The notes under the pieces are model-generated. The model was not told the DNA's origin, did not search any database, and saw nothing but the letters and a program-made list of their open reading frames with translations. Positions 1-14,150 of a stretch of DNA of 64,000 nt are shown here, in pieces (the stretch's first letter is position 1; the number at the start of each line of letters is the position of its first letter). The position numbers were made by a program, and so were the translations under genes. Source of the stretch: Octopus vulgaris. Taxonomy: Eukaryota. The stretch lies in assembly GCA_951406725.2 (NCBI GenBank), contig OX597814.1:98270001-98334000 (forward strand), read 5' to 3'.

Positions 1-311
1 AACAGTCAGCCGAAGCCATACATACATACATACATACATACATACATACATACATACATAACTTCTCTCTCTCTCGCTTTTTCTCTGTGAATCACTCACA
101 CATTCACTCACTACAAAAAGTGAATAAAAATTTCTGTTATTTCTCTCTCTTTCTTTCTCTCTCTCTTTCTCTCTTTCTCTCTCTCTCACACACACACGCA
201 CCAGGAACATTACTTTCTCTGTCTCTTCACACACACTGACAAAAGCAATTCACATACACACAATACATTCTGTCTCGCACACCCCATCACACACAGACAC
301 AGACACAGACA

Positions 312-353
<42 letters not shown>

Positions 354-373
354 CACACACAGACGCAGACACA

Positions 374-410
<37 letters not shown>

Positions 411-440
411 GCACACACACGCACACACACGCACGCACAG
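1..440. repeat. Compound microsatellite block (TACA)n/(TC)n/(CA)n
   Basis: Directly visible; explains ORFs 210..404 and 250..456. Confidence 0.95.
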
Positions 441-1012
441 CAATTCTCCGCTTCAAGCCAACTTCAAAAGAACTTCACTCATACAATCGCGCTTTCCCTG
501 AATCTTTCGCTTTCACGCCGACTTCAAAAGATCCCTATTCCTCCCAACCCCATATTAAAAAAATATAATTTTTTTACGGAAACCGACGATCACCTTCAAA
601 AATGTAAATAAACACACGTGGTTTATAAGTGGTTCGTATGTGACAATCGTGTGTTCCAATATCGAAAGATCGCCCAATGTTTCAATGATTAGGCAGAGGT
701 CCAATAGAATAGGTTTCAGAAACTGACTACGTACTAATTCGTTCTTCACAATTCCTGAAGCTGTTTTCTGACAAGGTGGGGTAGGGGTGGGAGGTCTCGA
801 AACTTTTATACAGCTGGAGGCTCCAATCGAAACAGGGGACCCGAAATGATAAGGCTGAGAAACGCTGTTATAGATTATGCCTAACCGAAAACGATCACAG
901 CCACATCATCCAAACAGACCGGGTGAAACCAGGCTTAACTGATGTTATAATGTATATATAAAAATTAAAAATTGTATAATATAGCAGTATTTTCGAACTT
1001 CATTTTTTACAA

Positions 1013-1400
<388 letters not shown>

Positions 1401-2902
1401 AGGTGTGTGTGTGTATGAGTGTGTGTTTGCGTGTGCTTGTGTGCATGTGTTTGCATTTGTATTTGTCCTTCACCACAATATGACAACCATGTGTGCTTGT
1501 TTATGTTTCCGAAAGTTAGTAGTTCGGCGTAAGAGACTGATAGAATAAGCACCAGACTTGGAAAATAAATAGTGGAATCGATTCATTCGACTTAAAACTT
1601 TCAAGGTGGTGCCCCAGCTTAGCCAGAATCCATTGATTGAAATATGCATAAGCACTGAACACTCAATACCACAGTATTTTCGCTGTTCTTTATTAAACGC
1701 ATTTTGAGCCCTCATTTTATTTAACCGTGTGCACACTCACAGACATATGAAGCTAGGAAAACCGTAATTATAGAAACCGATATAGTATTACTGTAATAGT
1801 CATGATGAGCATTGGATTTTAGATTACTAGGATGTTATTCTGCATTTTTCATGGTAAACAACTCGATTCAACCAAATTACTACGTATGATGTTTCCGATG
1901 TTTGCAACTTTTATCTGTTGAATATCCTAGTAATTGAAATGGGAGGGGTTTGTGGCACCGTTGCTCTCATGCTCTTGATACTTGCTTTAAATATTTTTAC
2001 AATTATATAATAAAATCCTTTTATTATTTTTTTTATGCACACTGAACAGTTGACCTCCTTCGAATTTCAAACGCCTAGAGTACTATGATCGCATTCCATA
2101 CGGGATTTTGTGCGAATATCTAAACACTGATAGTATAATCTGTTGTGGATGTAATGCTCAATCTCAATTGTTGTTAATTGGCGATCTACCTTCTTCCATT
2201 ATCGTTTATCTCACTTGCCTTTCAGGGCTCTAGCTATAGATTAAATAGCATGTGGTACGGTGAAATCGTGGGATGCAGCATGGTGAATGGGAACTATTTC
2301 AACAAATGAATCTTATTGAATTAATGGCGAAAAATTACTAGATGCTGAGCAGATAACAGACAACAAATTGTCAACGACCACTTTCAACCAGTTCAGTTGA
2401 CGAACAACTGTAATCGTGGGGTGCACAGATGCGTTGTTTCTGTTAGCGAAATACCAATGTGACTATTATCCAAGCCAGAAGTGCATACAATGCACGTCTG
2501 ACTCGGAGGAGTTGCACTGATCCTGACAAATCGCCGACCAGATGATGATGATGATGATCTTCTAAATTCTTGATCCAGCAATGTCGTTGGAAATTTGTCG
2601 TTTCTAGCAACTTTTGAAAGAAAATGTACTTTTGTTGTGGGTATGTGGCAGTGTCCGATGGTAAGTTTAGCATCGGAAGAAAACCAGAGTTGAGAGAAAT
2701 AATCCAGTTAAGAATGTTTATTTCGAAACAAATAACTGATGTGTTTATTGCAATGGTCATAGGGATCATCTCACCAGAAATTTCGAAACGTTCTTTAAAT
2801 CAACTGGAGTTGGTTGTTTCATTTTCCATTCTAGGAATATACTCCTATTTGTTGTTCATCTACATGAATGAAATTCTGTTTGGTCGTTCTGATTGAACTA
2901 AA

Positions 2903-2944
<42 letters not shown>

Positions 2945-2959
2945 TTGAGATTCAGTCTC

Positions 2960-3650
2960 AACTCATGGCTCGCCACTTCATCTTACGTGGGTATCCCCTC
3001 ACCACTATCCACACCGCCCTTACTAGAGCACGTTCCGTGGACCGTGCATCTGCTTTCTCCCCACGAACCCACCCTGCAGTCTCCCGCCTCTCTTTACCCC
3101 TCACTTATCACCTACCACCCTACTTCTCCATAATCATCATCATTGTTCGACCGTGAAAAGACTACCTCTCCAACACACCATTCTCCGAGCTTTCCGGCAT
3201 CTCCAGTCCGACCCGTCCACTTCACACATCTTCCCTAACCGACACCTCCCCTCCTCCAAACGAGCCCACAACCCACGAGACCTCTTGGTCCAAGGCTTCT
3301 TCTCCAACCCAAACTCCCAACCTGACTCGTTCCCCTGCCCACCCACGCTGCCGCACTTGCCCTTACCTCTCCAACACCACACTCCTCACCGGCACCTATC
3401 ATCGACCCTATCACATCACCGACTCCTTCACCTGCACTTCTACCAACATCATCTATTGCATCTTTTTTCTGTCTGCCATTCTCTGTACATCGGATAAATG
3501 GGACGCCGCTTGGCTGACCGGTTCGCGGAACACCTCCGAGACATCCGCCTCGGCAATGATATCCCGGTCTCACACCATTTCCGCTCTACCGGTCACTCTT
3601 TGCAACACCTGTCTGTGTTCGGATTGTCATTGCACAATAGCCATCCAGAC
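2960..3650 (+). mobile_element. Penelope-like element remnant: RT C-terminal linker and GIY-YIG endonuclease (frameshifted)
   Basis: Translations ...FILRGYP..., FTCTSTNIIYCI, CHSLYIG*MGRRLADRFAEHLRDIR and PVSHHF...GHS are typical PLE GIY-YIG motifs. Confidence 0.85.
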
Positions 3651-3946
3651 TACACACACACGCATACATACACATACATAACGCGACGCGTTATTAGAAG
3701 GTTCAGGGAGCAGTATTTAGTCATCTATGAAATTACGATATGCTATTACTATATAAATCCAATCATGAAATCAAAGGTTAAGCTAAATGGTAGATTCCAC
3801 GTCACATTACATAATGTGAAAAGAAGAAAACATTTTTGACATTTCTAATATTTTTGACAAAGGCATAAAAATATCAAATATATGTATCGCACAAACCCAC
3901 CACACCCACCCACCCACACATGTATATACATATATACATGTGTGTG

Positions 3947-4003
<57 letters not shown>

Positions 4004-4006
<3 letters not shown>

Positions 4007-4560
4007 TAGGAGAGGCTGTGTGGTAAGTAGCTTGCTTACCAAACACATGGTTCCGAGTTCAGTCCCACTGCGTGGCACCTTGGGCAAGTGTCTTCTACTA
4101 TAGCCTCGGGCCGACCAAAGCCTTGTGAGTAGATGAGTGGATCTGGTAGACGGAAACTGAAAGAAGCCCATCGTATATATGTATATATATGTATGTGTGT
4201 GTATGTTTGTGTGTCTGTGTTTGTCGCCCCAACATCCCTTGACAACCGCGAGCTGGCAGAAACGTTAGCACACAGGGCGAAATGCGTAGCCGTATTTCGT
4301 CTGCCGTTACGTTCTGAGTCGACTTTGCCTTTCATCCATCCGAGGTCGATAAATTAAGTACCAGTTACGCACTGGGGTCGATGTAATCGACTTAATCCGT
4401 TTGTCTGTCCTTGTTTGTCCTCTCTGTGTGTAGCCCCTTGTGGGTAGTAAAGAAATAGGTTCGGCAAAGAGACCAATAGAAGTACTAGACTTACAAAGAA
4501 TAAATCCTGTGGTCGATTTGCTCCAGCATGGCCACAGTCAAATGGCTGAAACAAGTAAAA
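4004..4560 (+). mobile_element. tRNA-derived SINE family A (octopus-type), interrupted by a family-B SINE
   Basis: Head ggctgtgtggtaag...ggttccgagttcagtccc (A/B-box-like) and tail cagcatggccacagtcaaatggctgaaacaagtaaaa; many homologous copies in the window. Confidence 0.9.
4248..4460 (+). mobile_element. tRNA-derived SINE family B nested in family A
   Basis: gagctggcagaaacgttagc...gtcgactttgcctttcatcc...aagtaccagttacgcac; homologous to the reverse complement of 20820-21035. Confidence 0.85.
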
Positions 4561-4599
4561 TAGTAAATATATATATATATATATATAAATATATTATCC

Positions 4600-5445
4600 G
4601 AAATGTACAGTACTATATATCCATCACAGCTGATCTTACCAATCGGTTTCGCTCTAAGAATACAACAGAATGTTAGGTAATAATCCGATCATTACGCTCA
4701 TCAGAGTTAGCCGATATGAAAGGGAATATGGCGACTGATCTCTATTGTCGGAGATGAATGGATACATTATGTTTGAGGTTGCTGTGAAAAAGATGGTGAA
4801 ACGAAAATGGGCAGGAGATTAGGTTAGGAGTTATGGTCTTTGTTTGGATTCGCAGTAAAGCCGGTATGAGTTATCTTGATGTGTTGGTTGGAAATGTGTG
4901 CGTTATGAAGTGTGGTGCTCCTGTGGGGATAGGGTTCGTGATATGTGTAGTGGTGTCATATGTATAATTTTTTTCCAGAGGTGTAGATATATATATACTT
5001 GTGTTCGTTCATCTGTTTCCTTTCTGCATTAAGGTTATGGGGTGTTTATGTTAGCGTACGGTGTGTAATCTGAGTGTGGGGAGTTTATATATATGGGGGT
5101 ACAATGAGTGTGTAGGGGTATATATTTTGGGAGTGGTAGACGACAGTCTATTTGATAGGTATCCGTTTCGTTGGGGCGTGCGTATATGTACATGGGTGCG
5201 TTGGTGTATGCTTGGTCCAATTCTTTGCTGGGCTCGAGGGTATTGGTGGACGGCCAAGGTTGGAGAAATGGTCGTTGTAGCCATAGTGAAGCGCACAGAT
5301 AAGAGAGAATGTACTTTTTTCATGTGGGCTAAGGTTAAACACTTCACTTCTGCTATTCAGGCAAATATCGGGCTCTGGGTACCCTTTAAAATCGCTCTCT
5401 TCTCAATCAGGCATAAAACCTGCACATTCTTCTGCTATAGAAGTA
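4600..5445 (-). mobile_element. Penelope-like element 3' remnant (endonuclease C-terminus, UTR and hammerhead)
   Basis: Minus strand near 5300-5440 reads LCLIEKRAIL...LNSRSEVFNLSPHEK, resembling the PLE C-terminal CxLCxxEK...LNxRSE motif; hammerhead downstream on the same strand. Confidence 0.65.
4629..4711 (-). ncRNA. Type I hammerhead ribozyme motif
   Basis: Minus strand gctaact CTGATGA gc...gc GAAA ccgattg GTA agatcagc; stem I imperfect. Confidence 0.7.
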
Positions 5446-5448
5446 CTA

Positions 5449-5657
5449 TTTACTTTTTACTCTTTTACTCTTTTACTTGTTTCAGTCATTTGACTGCGGC
5501 CATGCTGGAGCACCGCCTTTAGTCGAGCAAATTGACCCCGGGACTTATTCTTTGTAAGCCCAGTACTTATTCTATCGGTCTCTTTTGCCGAACCGCTAAG
5601 TGACGGGGAAGTAAACACACCAGCATCGGTTGTCAAGCAATGCTAGGGGGACAAACA

Positions 5658-5709
<52 letters not shown>

Positions 5710-5883
5710 CACATATACACGACAGGCTTCTTTCAGTTTCTGTTTACCAAATCCACTCACAAGGCATTGGTCGGCCCGGTGCTATAGCAGAAGACACTTG
5801 CCTAAGATGCCACGCAGTGGGACTGAACCCGGAACCATGTGGTTGGTTAGCAAGCTACTTACCACACAACCACTCCTGCGCCT
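5449..5883 (-). mobile_element. SINE family A, near full length
   Basis: Reverse complement of the head, body and tail seen at 16439-16748, with a (ttttactc)n tail. Confidence 0.9.
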
Positions 5884-6261
5884 ATTTACATTTCTCCAGG
5901 ATCTTCCACTTTATGTGGCGCTTTCCTTCAAAGACCAAACGTGCTTCGGGATGTAGAAGGAGGACTTGTGGCTGTTAAAACGGTTTCTGAAAGGGCATTC
6001 CGTTGCACCCAAATACTTCCGCATGTTCATTTGCCCATTGGGTCCTATGGATGTTACTTCTGCTTCGTATACAACTGCCTCCGCGGAATATTTTTACACT
6101 AGATACCCAGCTAAAAGAGATTTTCAGAGTAATTTTATTAAGTATTTTGTTGAATCTATTTGTACGTGGACAGTGTTTATCAACTAATCAAAGTAAGATC
6201 TTACCTACTCTGGTTTTAACATTTAAAGAGAAGAACCTCTCTCTCTCTATATATATATGTA

Positions 6262-6324
<63 letters not shown>

Positions 6325-6447
6325 ACACATATATTTTAACGCTTCTTTTATGTTCAGCTTTAATAAAAAGAATTTTATATTAATCCGATGTGTTACTCTA
6401 TACTTTTTGGGAGTACAAATTTATTATTCTCATACTAGAAAATTATT

Positions 6448-6494
6448 GACAGTGACGTCGGAGTTTCGGCCTGCTGACTCATCGTCGGACTGTC
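6448..6494 (-). ncRNA. Degenerate hammerhead motif
   Basis: Minus strand gacagt CCGACGA tgagtcagcaggcc GAAAC tccgac GTC actgtc; perfect 6-bp stem I, core U4 changed to C. Confidence 0.55.
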
Positions 6495-7677
6495 CGACGA
6501 TCTTCTAAAGAAAGAAATGAGGAGTGAAAACCGGTGGAGGGAGAAAATATGGAGACAAAGAAAAACGTATCTGAATTAATGGTGCTCCATGTCGGACTGC
6601 ATTCATATATACATTCATATATTTATATGACTGCATGTATATATGTATTTGCATAACCAAGTAATTTTATATACCTACTGCATGAAATGTTCGAACATTT
6701 ATAAGGCCAGTATTTAACTCCGTTTATTGTTACATTAAGTGGGTGTGGATTCAGTTTTACCCTCGACAGGATGGCAGTAAATTGTTAGTAACTTTATCCT
6801 AATATACTGTACCTCGTCCTGACACTCAAAACGTGACTGATATTATTTGAACTTATGACACATAATTTCGCAAGTTGTCATTAAGGAAATGAAAAATGGT
6901 ATACACTCATCTAATTTGTTTATAAATCCTTCCGATGTTTATATTCGTATGTATACATGCTTGTACTGTTATCAGTTTCCCTATCATTTTTGTCTAGAGT
7001 TTTCAGTTAAATGGCTTACAGTTTACATCCTCTTTTCCAAGACTGAAGATTCTAACCTCACTAGGGGAAAGCACAACAAAACATATAAATTTTTCGAACT
7101 GAATAAATGCCCAAATTGTTTTTCTATAAAAGCGTTAGAAACAAGAAATTCCACAAAATTCGAAATATTTCTGTATAGTCTTCTCAAATGTACATTTTAT
7201 TGAGCATGGTTAAGACATGACGATAGATTATACCAACTTATATTTCACTGTACGATTATTGTTTTCGTTTTGTAGGTTAACTGATTGTAGGCGTCACTTC
7301 CAACTATGAAATTTGATATTGAACATGCTGAAAGATTATTGTTGGAAATCTAACTGCCAGAGTTTTGTGTATGAGACATTTCTTATTGACAACATTGATC
7401 ATTTGTTATTGACACAAATATTTACGAAATTAATACTTCCATTTTATGTTTCTTTTTTGTTTTACGTAATATATCATGTGGATGTTTGTCACGTTATTAA
7501 CGAGGAGAATGAATATGATATCTTATAACTATATCAGTGTCCTAGACAAGTAAAATCTGATAATGTATGTATGTATGTATGTATGTATGTATGTATGTAT
7601 GTATGTATGTATGTATGTATGTATGTATGTATGTATGTATGTATGTATGTACGTATGTATGCATGTATGTATGTACA

Positions 7678-8872
7678 CAGACATGATAGAAGTAAATACA
7701 CACCCCATAAAACATCGTTTTATGTTTATTTTGACTTGAAGAGGTCTATATTTTTTATCAATTGGCATTTTTATGTTTCAAGTTCTATATGTGACTGTTT
7801 ATTCATGCCATATACAAAAGAAGCCTTGGAACTGTCCGAATTTCAAAGAGGCCGTATTGTGAGTCAATATGGACTAAGTCAGCGTGAAATAACAGAAAAC
7901 TTTGGGGGCCCCTCTTTCTATTGTTAATGGAGTGATTGTGCAATTCATCGGGTAGGTGGGTGGGGAAAGAAAGAATCTACATCACCTCGCCCAGGTCGAC
8001 CAGGACCCTCTGAAAGGACCCTTCGATTTATTAAGAGAAGTGTAGAGGATAATCCTCGTTGCAAAGCCTCTGACATAGCAAGTTGGTGTAAGTTCCAGAA
8101 CAGCTGTCAAGTATCTCCACAATCGTGGCTACTATGGCAGAGCAGTAAGAAGGAAGCCATTTCTTCGACCAGCCAATATCAAGCAGAGAAATTATTGGGC
8201 CAGTGAGATAGTTGAGAGACCACCAGCATTTTGGGACACTGTCATATTCTCTGATGAGCTCAGATTTGCAGTATTTTCTGACACTGATCGAGTGTAGACC
8301 GTAAAAAGATCGCAGCCAACGATGAAACATAGCGGCTATTCTGTGATGGTCTGGAAACAATTTGTAGCAATGGTCGATCAGAGCTGGTGGAGTGTGAGGA
8401 AACATAATCTCAGATAAGTGTGTCCATATTGCAGAAAGAATTCCTTCCGATCTTCTCCAGTGAGGAAATGTTTAAAGAAGATTCTATTTATGAAAGATGG
8501 GGCTCCTTGTCACACAGCTAAAAATACTCAAGAGTGGTTGGATGAGAATGGCATTAAAAACCTTCCATGGCCAAGCCAGTCACCAAATATGAACCATATT
8601 GAACACTTCTGGGGCATAATGGACAGAACATTTCATAAAAGGAACAACAAGGCATCTTCATTTTTGAGATTACTGCATGAAACTTGGCAACTGAATATTC
8701 GTCATCTGATCAGTAGCACACCTAATAGGATCCTTGCATTGAAAAATGCAAGGGCATGTCTAATAAATATTAGATATTCACATTATAATAATAATAAATA
8801 AACAATTTGAATGTGTAATTTCAAATTTAAATAAATTTTAATGGTTCTAAGTGTCTACTTCTGTCATGTCTG
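7678..8872 (+). mobile_element. Tc1-family DNA transposon with decayed transposase
   Basis: TIRs cagacatgatagaagta / tacttctgtcatgtctg followed by TA. Peptides from ATG 7805: ELSEFQRGRIV..GLSQREI (HTH), VIFSDELRF, FMKDGAPCH...WPSQSPNMNHIEHFW (DD34E-type). Multiple frameshifts. Confidence 0.92.
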
Positions 8873-8915
8873 TATATGCATGTATATACGTACATACATA
8901 CATATATATATATGA

Positions 8916-8999
<84 letters not shown>

Positions 9000-9023
9000 T
9001 ATGCATATATATATACACACACA

Positions 9024-9107
<84 letters not shown>

Positions 9108-10301
9108 CATATATATGTACAGGACGTCATCAACAGTAAACAACATGAAATACGAAAACAAATGAGTTAAATACGCAAATTACGGATAAAACTTTTTAAT
9201 TTTATTCCCTCAAAATCATTTTCCTGTATCATATTTAGATGACCTATTATACATAAGTAACTAAAGTGAACTCACTTTTGAGCTATCTTTAAAAACGTTC
9301 ACCCATGAATCCGTGTTTGTATTCTTATGCAAAACTAGTTTGAATAAGGGAAAGGTTGCATAGCACTCTTGGCTTTCAATAAATTCTAAACATTTATAAG
9401 ACTTCAGTGGTGATTAGATTCTATTGCTGAGTCATCATGCTTAACCATGAAGTAAATAATTAAGTTCTTCTTTCACTTTCACCCGTGTTGTTTCGGTTTC
9501 AGTGTGAGTTCTGCATGACTGCTAGCAGTATGTCACTCAAGAAAAGTTTCGAAGTTATTCAGAAGAACAAGGAGAAAGGAGGAAATATTTGGTGCAGCTG
9601 CAGCCCCATTCATCTAGAGGTCATGTGCCTGTAGAGGAACTTCATTGGCCATCAGAAACCGAATGCCAATCAAGGAGCAGATTGTTGGTCGGTACCAGTT
9701 TCTTGGGAAATCAATTAAAGACAGAAAGGAGAGAGTGGTGCAATTATCAAGAGAGGTGACACTACTGTGAAGAGATGAACTGAATTTTCCAATCCATTCC
9801 GAGCAAGTAATACGGCCCAAGTTCGAAAATATGTTTCATTTATATGACAAATGCGCCAATAGAAATTTGAGCCGTTACAAGAACTGTTCGCTGTCACTAA
9901 AGTGCACGGTGAATGACTCAATGCTGATAGGAAAAGGAGTACTCCATCCAACTCCAAAGCAAAGGCAAAGTGGACTATTCGACAAGCAGAGCTGCAAGCA
10001 AGCACACTATCCATCCTTTCAAGAGAAGATGCTCTGATGCTAAATTCTCCCATTCTTTATCAAACCCAACAACCCTGGACACTAACAGGGATTCTGAAGA
10101 AGAGATTGAAGAGTACAGGGTTCTAGGTTTTGGAAATCCATCCAAATGCAACCGGGTATAAAAATTTCAAGGTTTGTCATGGATGAACTTTTTTGATCAA
10201 ATAAAAGAAAAAAAATAGAAGCATTGGTTTTCATTGTTTTCTAGCAAAAGCTCATCAGAATATGATACAGGACTATGGAGTTGCAAAAACATTGTATACT
10301 T

Positions 10302-10422
<121 letters not shown>

Positions 10423-10482
10423 TGTGTGTGTATTTATATATGTATGTATATGTATACATGTGTGTGTATACATATATATACA

Positions 10483-10645
10483 TACAGGAGTGGGTGTTTG
10501 GTAAGTACCTTGCTTACTAACCACATGGTTTCGGGTTCAGTCCCACTGCGTGGCACCTTGGACAAGTGTCTTCTACTACAACCTCGAGCCGACTAACGCC
10601 TTGTGAGTGGATTTGATCGACGGAAACTGAATGAAGCCTGTCGTA
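10483..10645 (+). mobile_element. SINE family A, 5' half
   Basis: Homologous to 4004-4175 and 16439-16600. Confidence 0.85.
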
Positions 10646-11760
10646 TATATATATATATATATATATATAAAGACTGAAAAGTGTCATATTTAATTTTAAT
10701 CCCTTAATATCTTTAAGGATATCTTTCCAATTGCGTTGGCCCTTATTAACTATATGCTGTCACTTAGATAAGGCAAGTACTAGTAAGACTATGAATTCCT
10801 TGATATGGGATGACACAACTACTTTTAAAATTAATTTAGCATTCGGGGTTCTCTCCCTTTCCTGTATTGACCACAACCACCCATTAAAGCTAATACGTTT
10901 TAATTAATTAAATAGTTCTCGCCCAATAGATAAAGCATACTATCCCTCACATGTCCATGACATGCTGTTCAATGAGGAAATCTTCGAAAGTGTTCTACAT
11001 ATTCCTCTTGGTGACATGGGACATTTATATTTTCATTAACTACGTAATATGCTTTTTGATACGTGTCTAGAAGAGAAAACTTACACAGATAGTCAATTCA
11101 CTTTATTAGTTCTCTTATTCCTAAAGCATCCGATGGCAGAGCAAGCAAACTTCTGAAAATTATTTAAATGTGAAAATGTCAAAAGATAGCACCATTAAAA
11201 TAAGTGTTCTTGTAAAGTTTGCAAATAATCCTGACCGTTTTATTACAAAATAACAAAGAAAACGAAAATATAAATTCAACTGTATTGTTTTTCAGTTTAG
11301 TTATATAAAACAAGGACTTTTGAATGTAACCGTTTGATATTTACTGGCATTTTCCACGTTATTAAACAGTGCCAACGAATGTTTACTAAATTGCATCGTT
11401 ACTTTGTCGAAAGGAAATCTCCCACCAAATAGGGAAATGACCTAATGATAAATCACTAGTTAGATATAAAAAAAAAATACTTCATGTGTGTGCTTGACAT
11501 TAAACTTTCAGCTATATATTTAAAATCTGGTGATACAAAATATATTCCATATATTTATTACTCGTAAATAACAGTTTCTTTTCAAATCAAATTTTTTTAA
11601 CTTTAAAACTTCGAATTTTTACGATATATTGAAGTTTATACTAATGAAAAATGTTTGCACACACCCGAGTATAGATGCAGGACTTTCTTTTTCTATTCTT
11701 TCTCTCTGTCTATCTGTCTTCCTTTCTGTCTGTCCCTCCCTCTTTTTCTTTCTCCCCCAG

Positions 11761-11792
<32 letters not shown>

Positions 11793-12199
11793 ATATATAT
11801 ATGTATATGTATATATGTATATTCATATGTATTTTTAGTACATACATACATACGTACATACATATACAAACACACACACACATAATTTAAACAAAAGCGA
11901 ATCGAGAAATATCTTAGAGTGATATATATTCGAACAACAATAAACAAATATAAATATATCAACTATCATACAACATTAATTCTTGATTTATTAAAATTAT
12001 CTCTGCCTCAAGAAGACCTGTCATAATCAACAAATGTCAATTAAGACAGCCCTACTTAAGAAGGAGAGATAATCTCATGATACAAGAATTCTTCAAAGTT
12101 GACATGTTAATCAGGAAAAAAAACAAAGAACAGGCTTATTGTCTGGAGATAAGAGGATAGGCTTGGACATATATTTCTTGCTCAGTAGCCACTATAAAC

Positions 12200-12420
12200 A
12201 TGTCAATTGTCCTATAACCAAGGTACCAATTATATCCAGTTGTCAGGGGACTTAGAATTATTCAACGCACCGCTAAATCGTTGCAACACTCAGTTCCTAA
12301 GCCGACAGAAATAGGATCTGTAGGCGGGGAATGGTTTTTTGCTAAGATTGTGTATTTTGTGAATTTGTATTGGTTCGTATGTCTAGAGAGAAGAGGAATC
12401 TGAAATCGAAGACTACCTCT
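12200..12420 (-). mobile_element. Possible Penelope-like RT fragment
   Basis: Minus strand gives xIHKIHNL..IPRL-like residues across frameshifts, recalling the PLE PKIHK...RPI motif; heavily decayed. Confidence 0.35.
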
Positions 12421-12921
12421 TCTTATGAGAGGGGAAATCAGTTTCTTTATGACATGGTATAGGTAAGATTCAAGAATAATATATTATAAATAATCTTCAA
12501 TAATTTATCATGTAATTAATCTGAAATATTGCAAATGTAACTGATATTCGGATCAAAAGAAAAGAATATCTTTTCTTATGGGTTACCTGGGATGTATCGA
12601 TAACCTCATTTTCATTTAGTGTATCTAAGGCAAAATGTTTTAAGGGAACTCATATCTCATCGGTACAAAAATAGAGGATGACTAATATGTAACAGTAAAT
12701 GGACAAATATTTTGTTAGATCTTCACCTAGAAAGAAAATTCATTACTTCGTGGTAACTTTCAATAACTAACACGACTGGTTGGTTTGGAGTCGGTGTCTC
12801 ACCCGTTTAACTATCAAATCGGCTATCTGCAGGTAGCAGCAACTGATATATCTACAGTAAACATACTAAATATCAAACCACCACTTTCTATAGTAAGCAC
12901 TGTGCACAGTAAACACACACA

Positions 12922-13015
<94 letters not shown>

Positions 13016-13154
13016 AATATATATATATATAATATTAGGGAATAAATTATTATTCCAACCTTACAGGCAAAATTCTGTATAATAATATTAAACCGAATTT
13101 CGTAATATATAATATATAATATAAGCGAGAATGAAGCAACAAGAATGGATAGGT

Positions 13155-13245
13155 TTTTAGTACAATCGTTTCATACAAGGACAGGTTTTATTAAAAGTTG
13201 CAAAAATTACAGCATATAAACGTGTCCCGTACTCATCAGCTAAAA
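13155..13245 (-). ncRNA. Type I hammerhead ribozyme motif (left arm)
   Basis: Mirror copy of 13897-13987. Confidence 0.8.
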
Positions 13246-13896
13246 TACATGTGAATTCTCTAGACATCCTAGTGGTTGAGGCTATACTCATGAAGTAATG
13301 TAGATAATTAAGTAACATAAACAGATTTCTAAAGTTCATTAAAGTTCTTTAAAGATGATGTACAGTCTTATCACAGAATTTTAAAAAAGTCTTAATAGCA
13401 TCACAGAGAAGGTGACCTAATCCATAGTGCACATATGAATTTCCAGAGATATGATGAGGGATTACATACTCACAGAAGACAAATTTATCCATTGTTAATT
13501 ACAACGAGGTGGGTTTCAATTCCTGCTTATTAGCATTACAGAGAGGGTGAATTAATCCTTTGTATAGATGCACAATTTCCAATGGTGTAGGTGTAAATTT
13601 CCAAGGAATTTCACCCACCTCGTTGAAACCCACCTCGTTGTAATTAACAATGGATAAATTTGTCTTCTGTGAGTATGTAATCCCTCATCATATCTCTGGA
13701 AATTCATATGTGCACTATGGATTAGGTCACCTTCTCTGTGATGCTATTAAGACTTTTTTAAAATTCTGTGATAAGACTGTACATCATCTTTAAAGAACTT
13801 TAATGAACTTTAGAAATCTGTTTATGTTACTTAATTATCTACATTACTTCATGAGTATAGCCTCAACCACTAGGATGTCTAGAGAACTCACATGTA

Positions 13897-13987
13897 TTTT
13901 AGCTGATGAGTACGGGACACGTTTATATGCTGTAATTTTTGCAACTTTTAATAAAACCTGTCCTTGTATGAAACGATTGTACTAAAA
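13897..13987 (+). ncRNA. Type I hammerhead ribozyme motif (right arm)
   Basis: ttttag CTGATGA gtacgggaca...tgtccttgtat GAAA cgatt GTA ctaaaa; 6-bp stem I, long stem II, short stem III. Confidence 0.8.
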
Positions 13988-14150
13988 ACCTATCCATTCT
14001 TGTTGCTTCATTCTCGCTTATAATCACCCCACATTACTGTATTGTTAAATCAGTATAGTTTTTTTGGTGCATCTAAGTTAGGTACCATATTCAAGTAAAT
14101 TCATTTAAATTAACTTGAATCTTTATTGCTTTTTAATATATAATATATGT

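Larger units (their letters stand above)
13120..14022. mobile_element. Fold-back element: 400-bp near-identical inverted arms, each with a hammerhead
   Basis: 13120-13519 is the reverse complement of 13623-14022 (one mismatch noticed); produces mirror ORFs 13157..13339 and 13803..13985. Confidence 0.9.

Noticed and set aside
575-945. hAT-like end (gagaaacgctg at 867) and Helitron-like hairpin near 918-940
   Set aside because: Only single, decayed termini; no partner ends found.
1750-2900. Possible decayed transposon coding region
   Set aside because: No motif I can identify with confidence.
8251-8262. CTGATGAG as a hammerhead core
   Set aside because: It encodes the FSDE motif of the Tc1 transposase and has no GAAA or helix partners.
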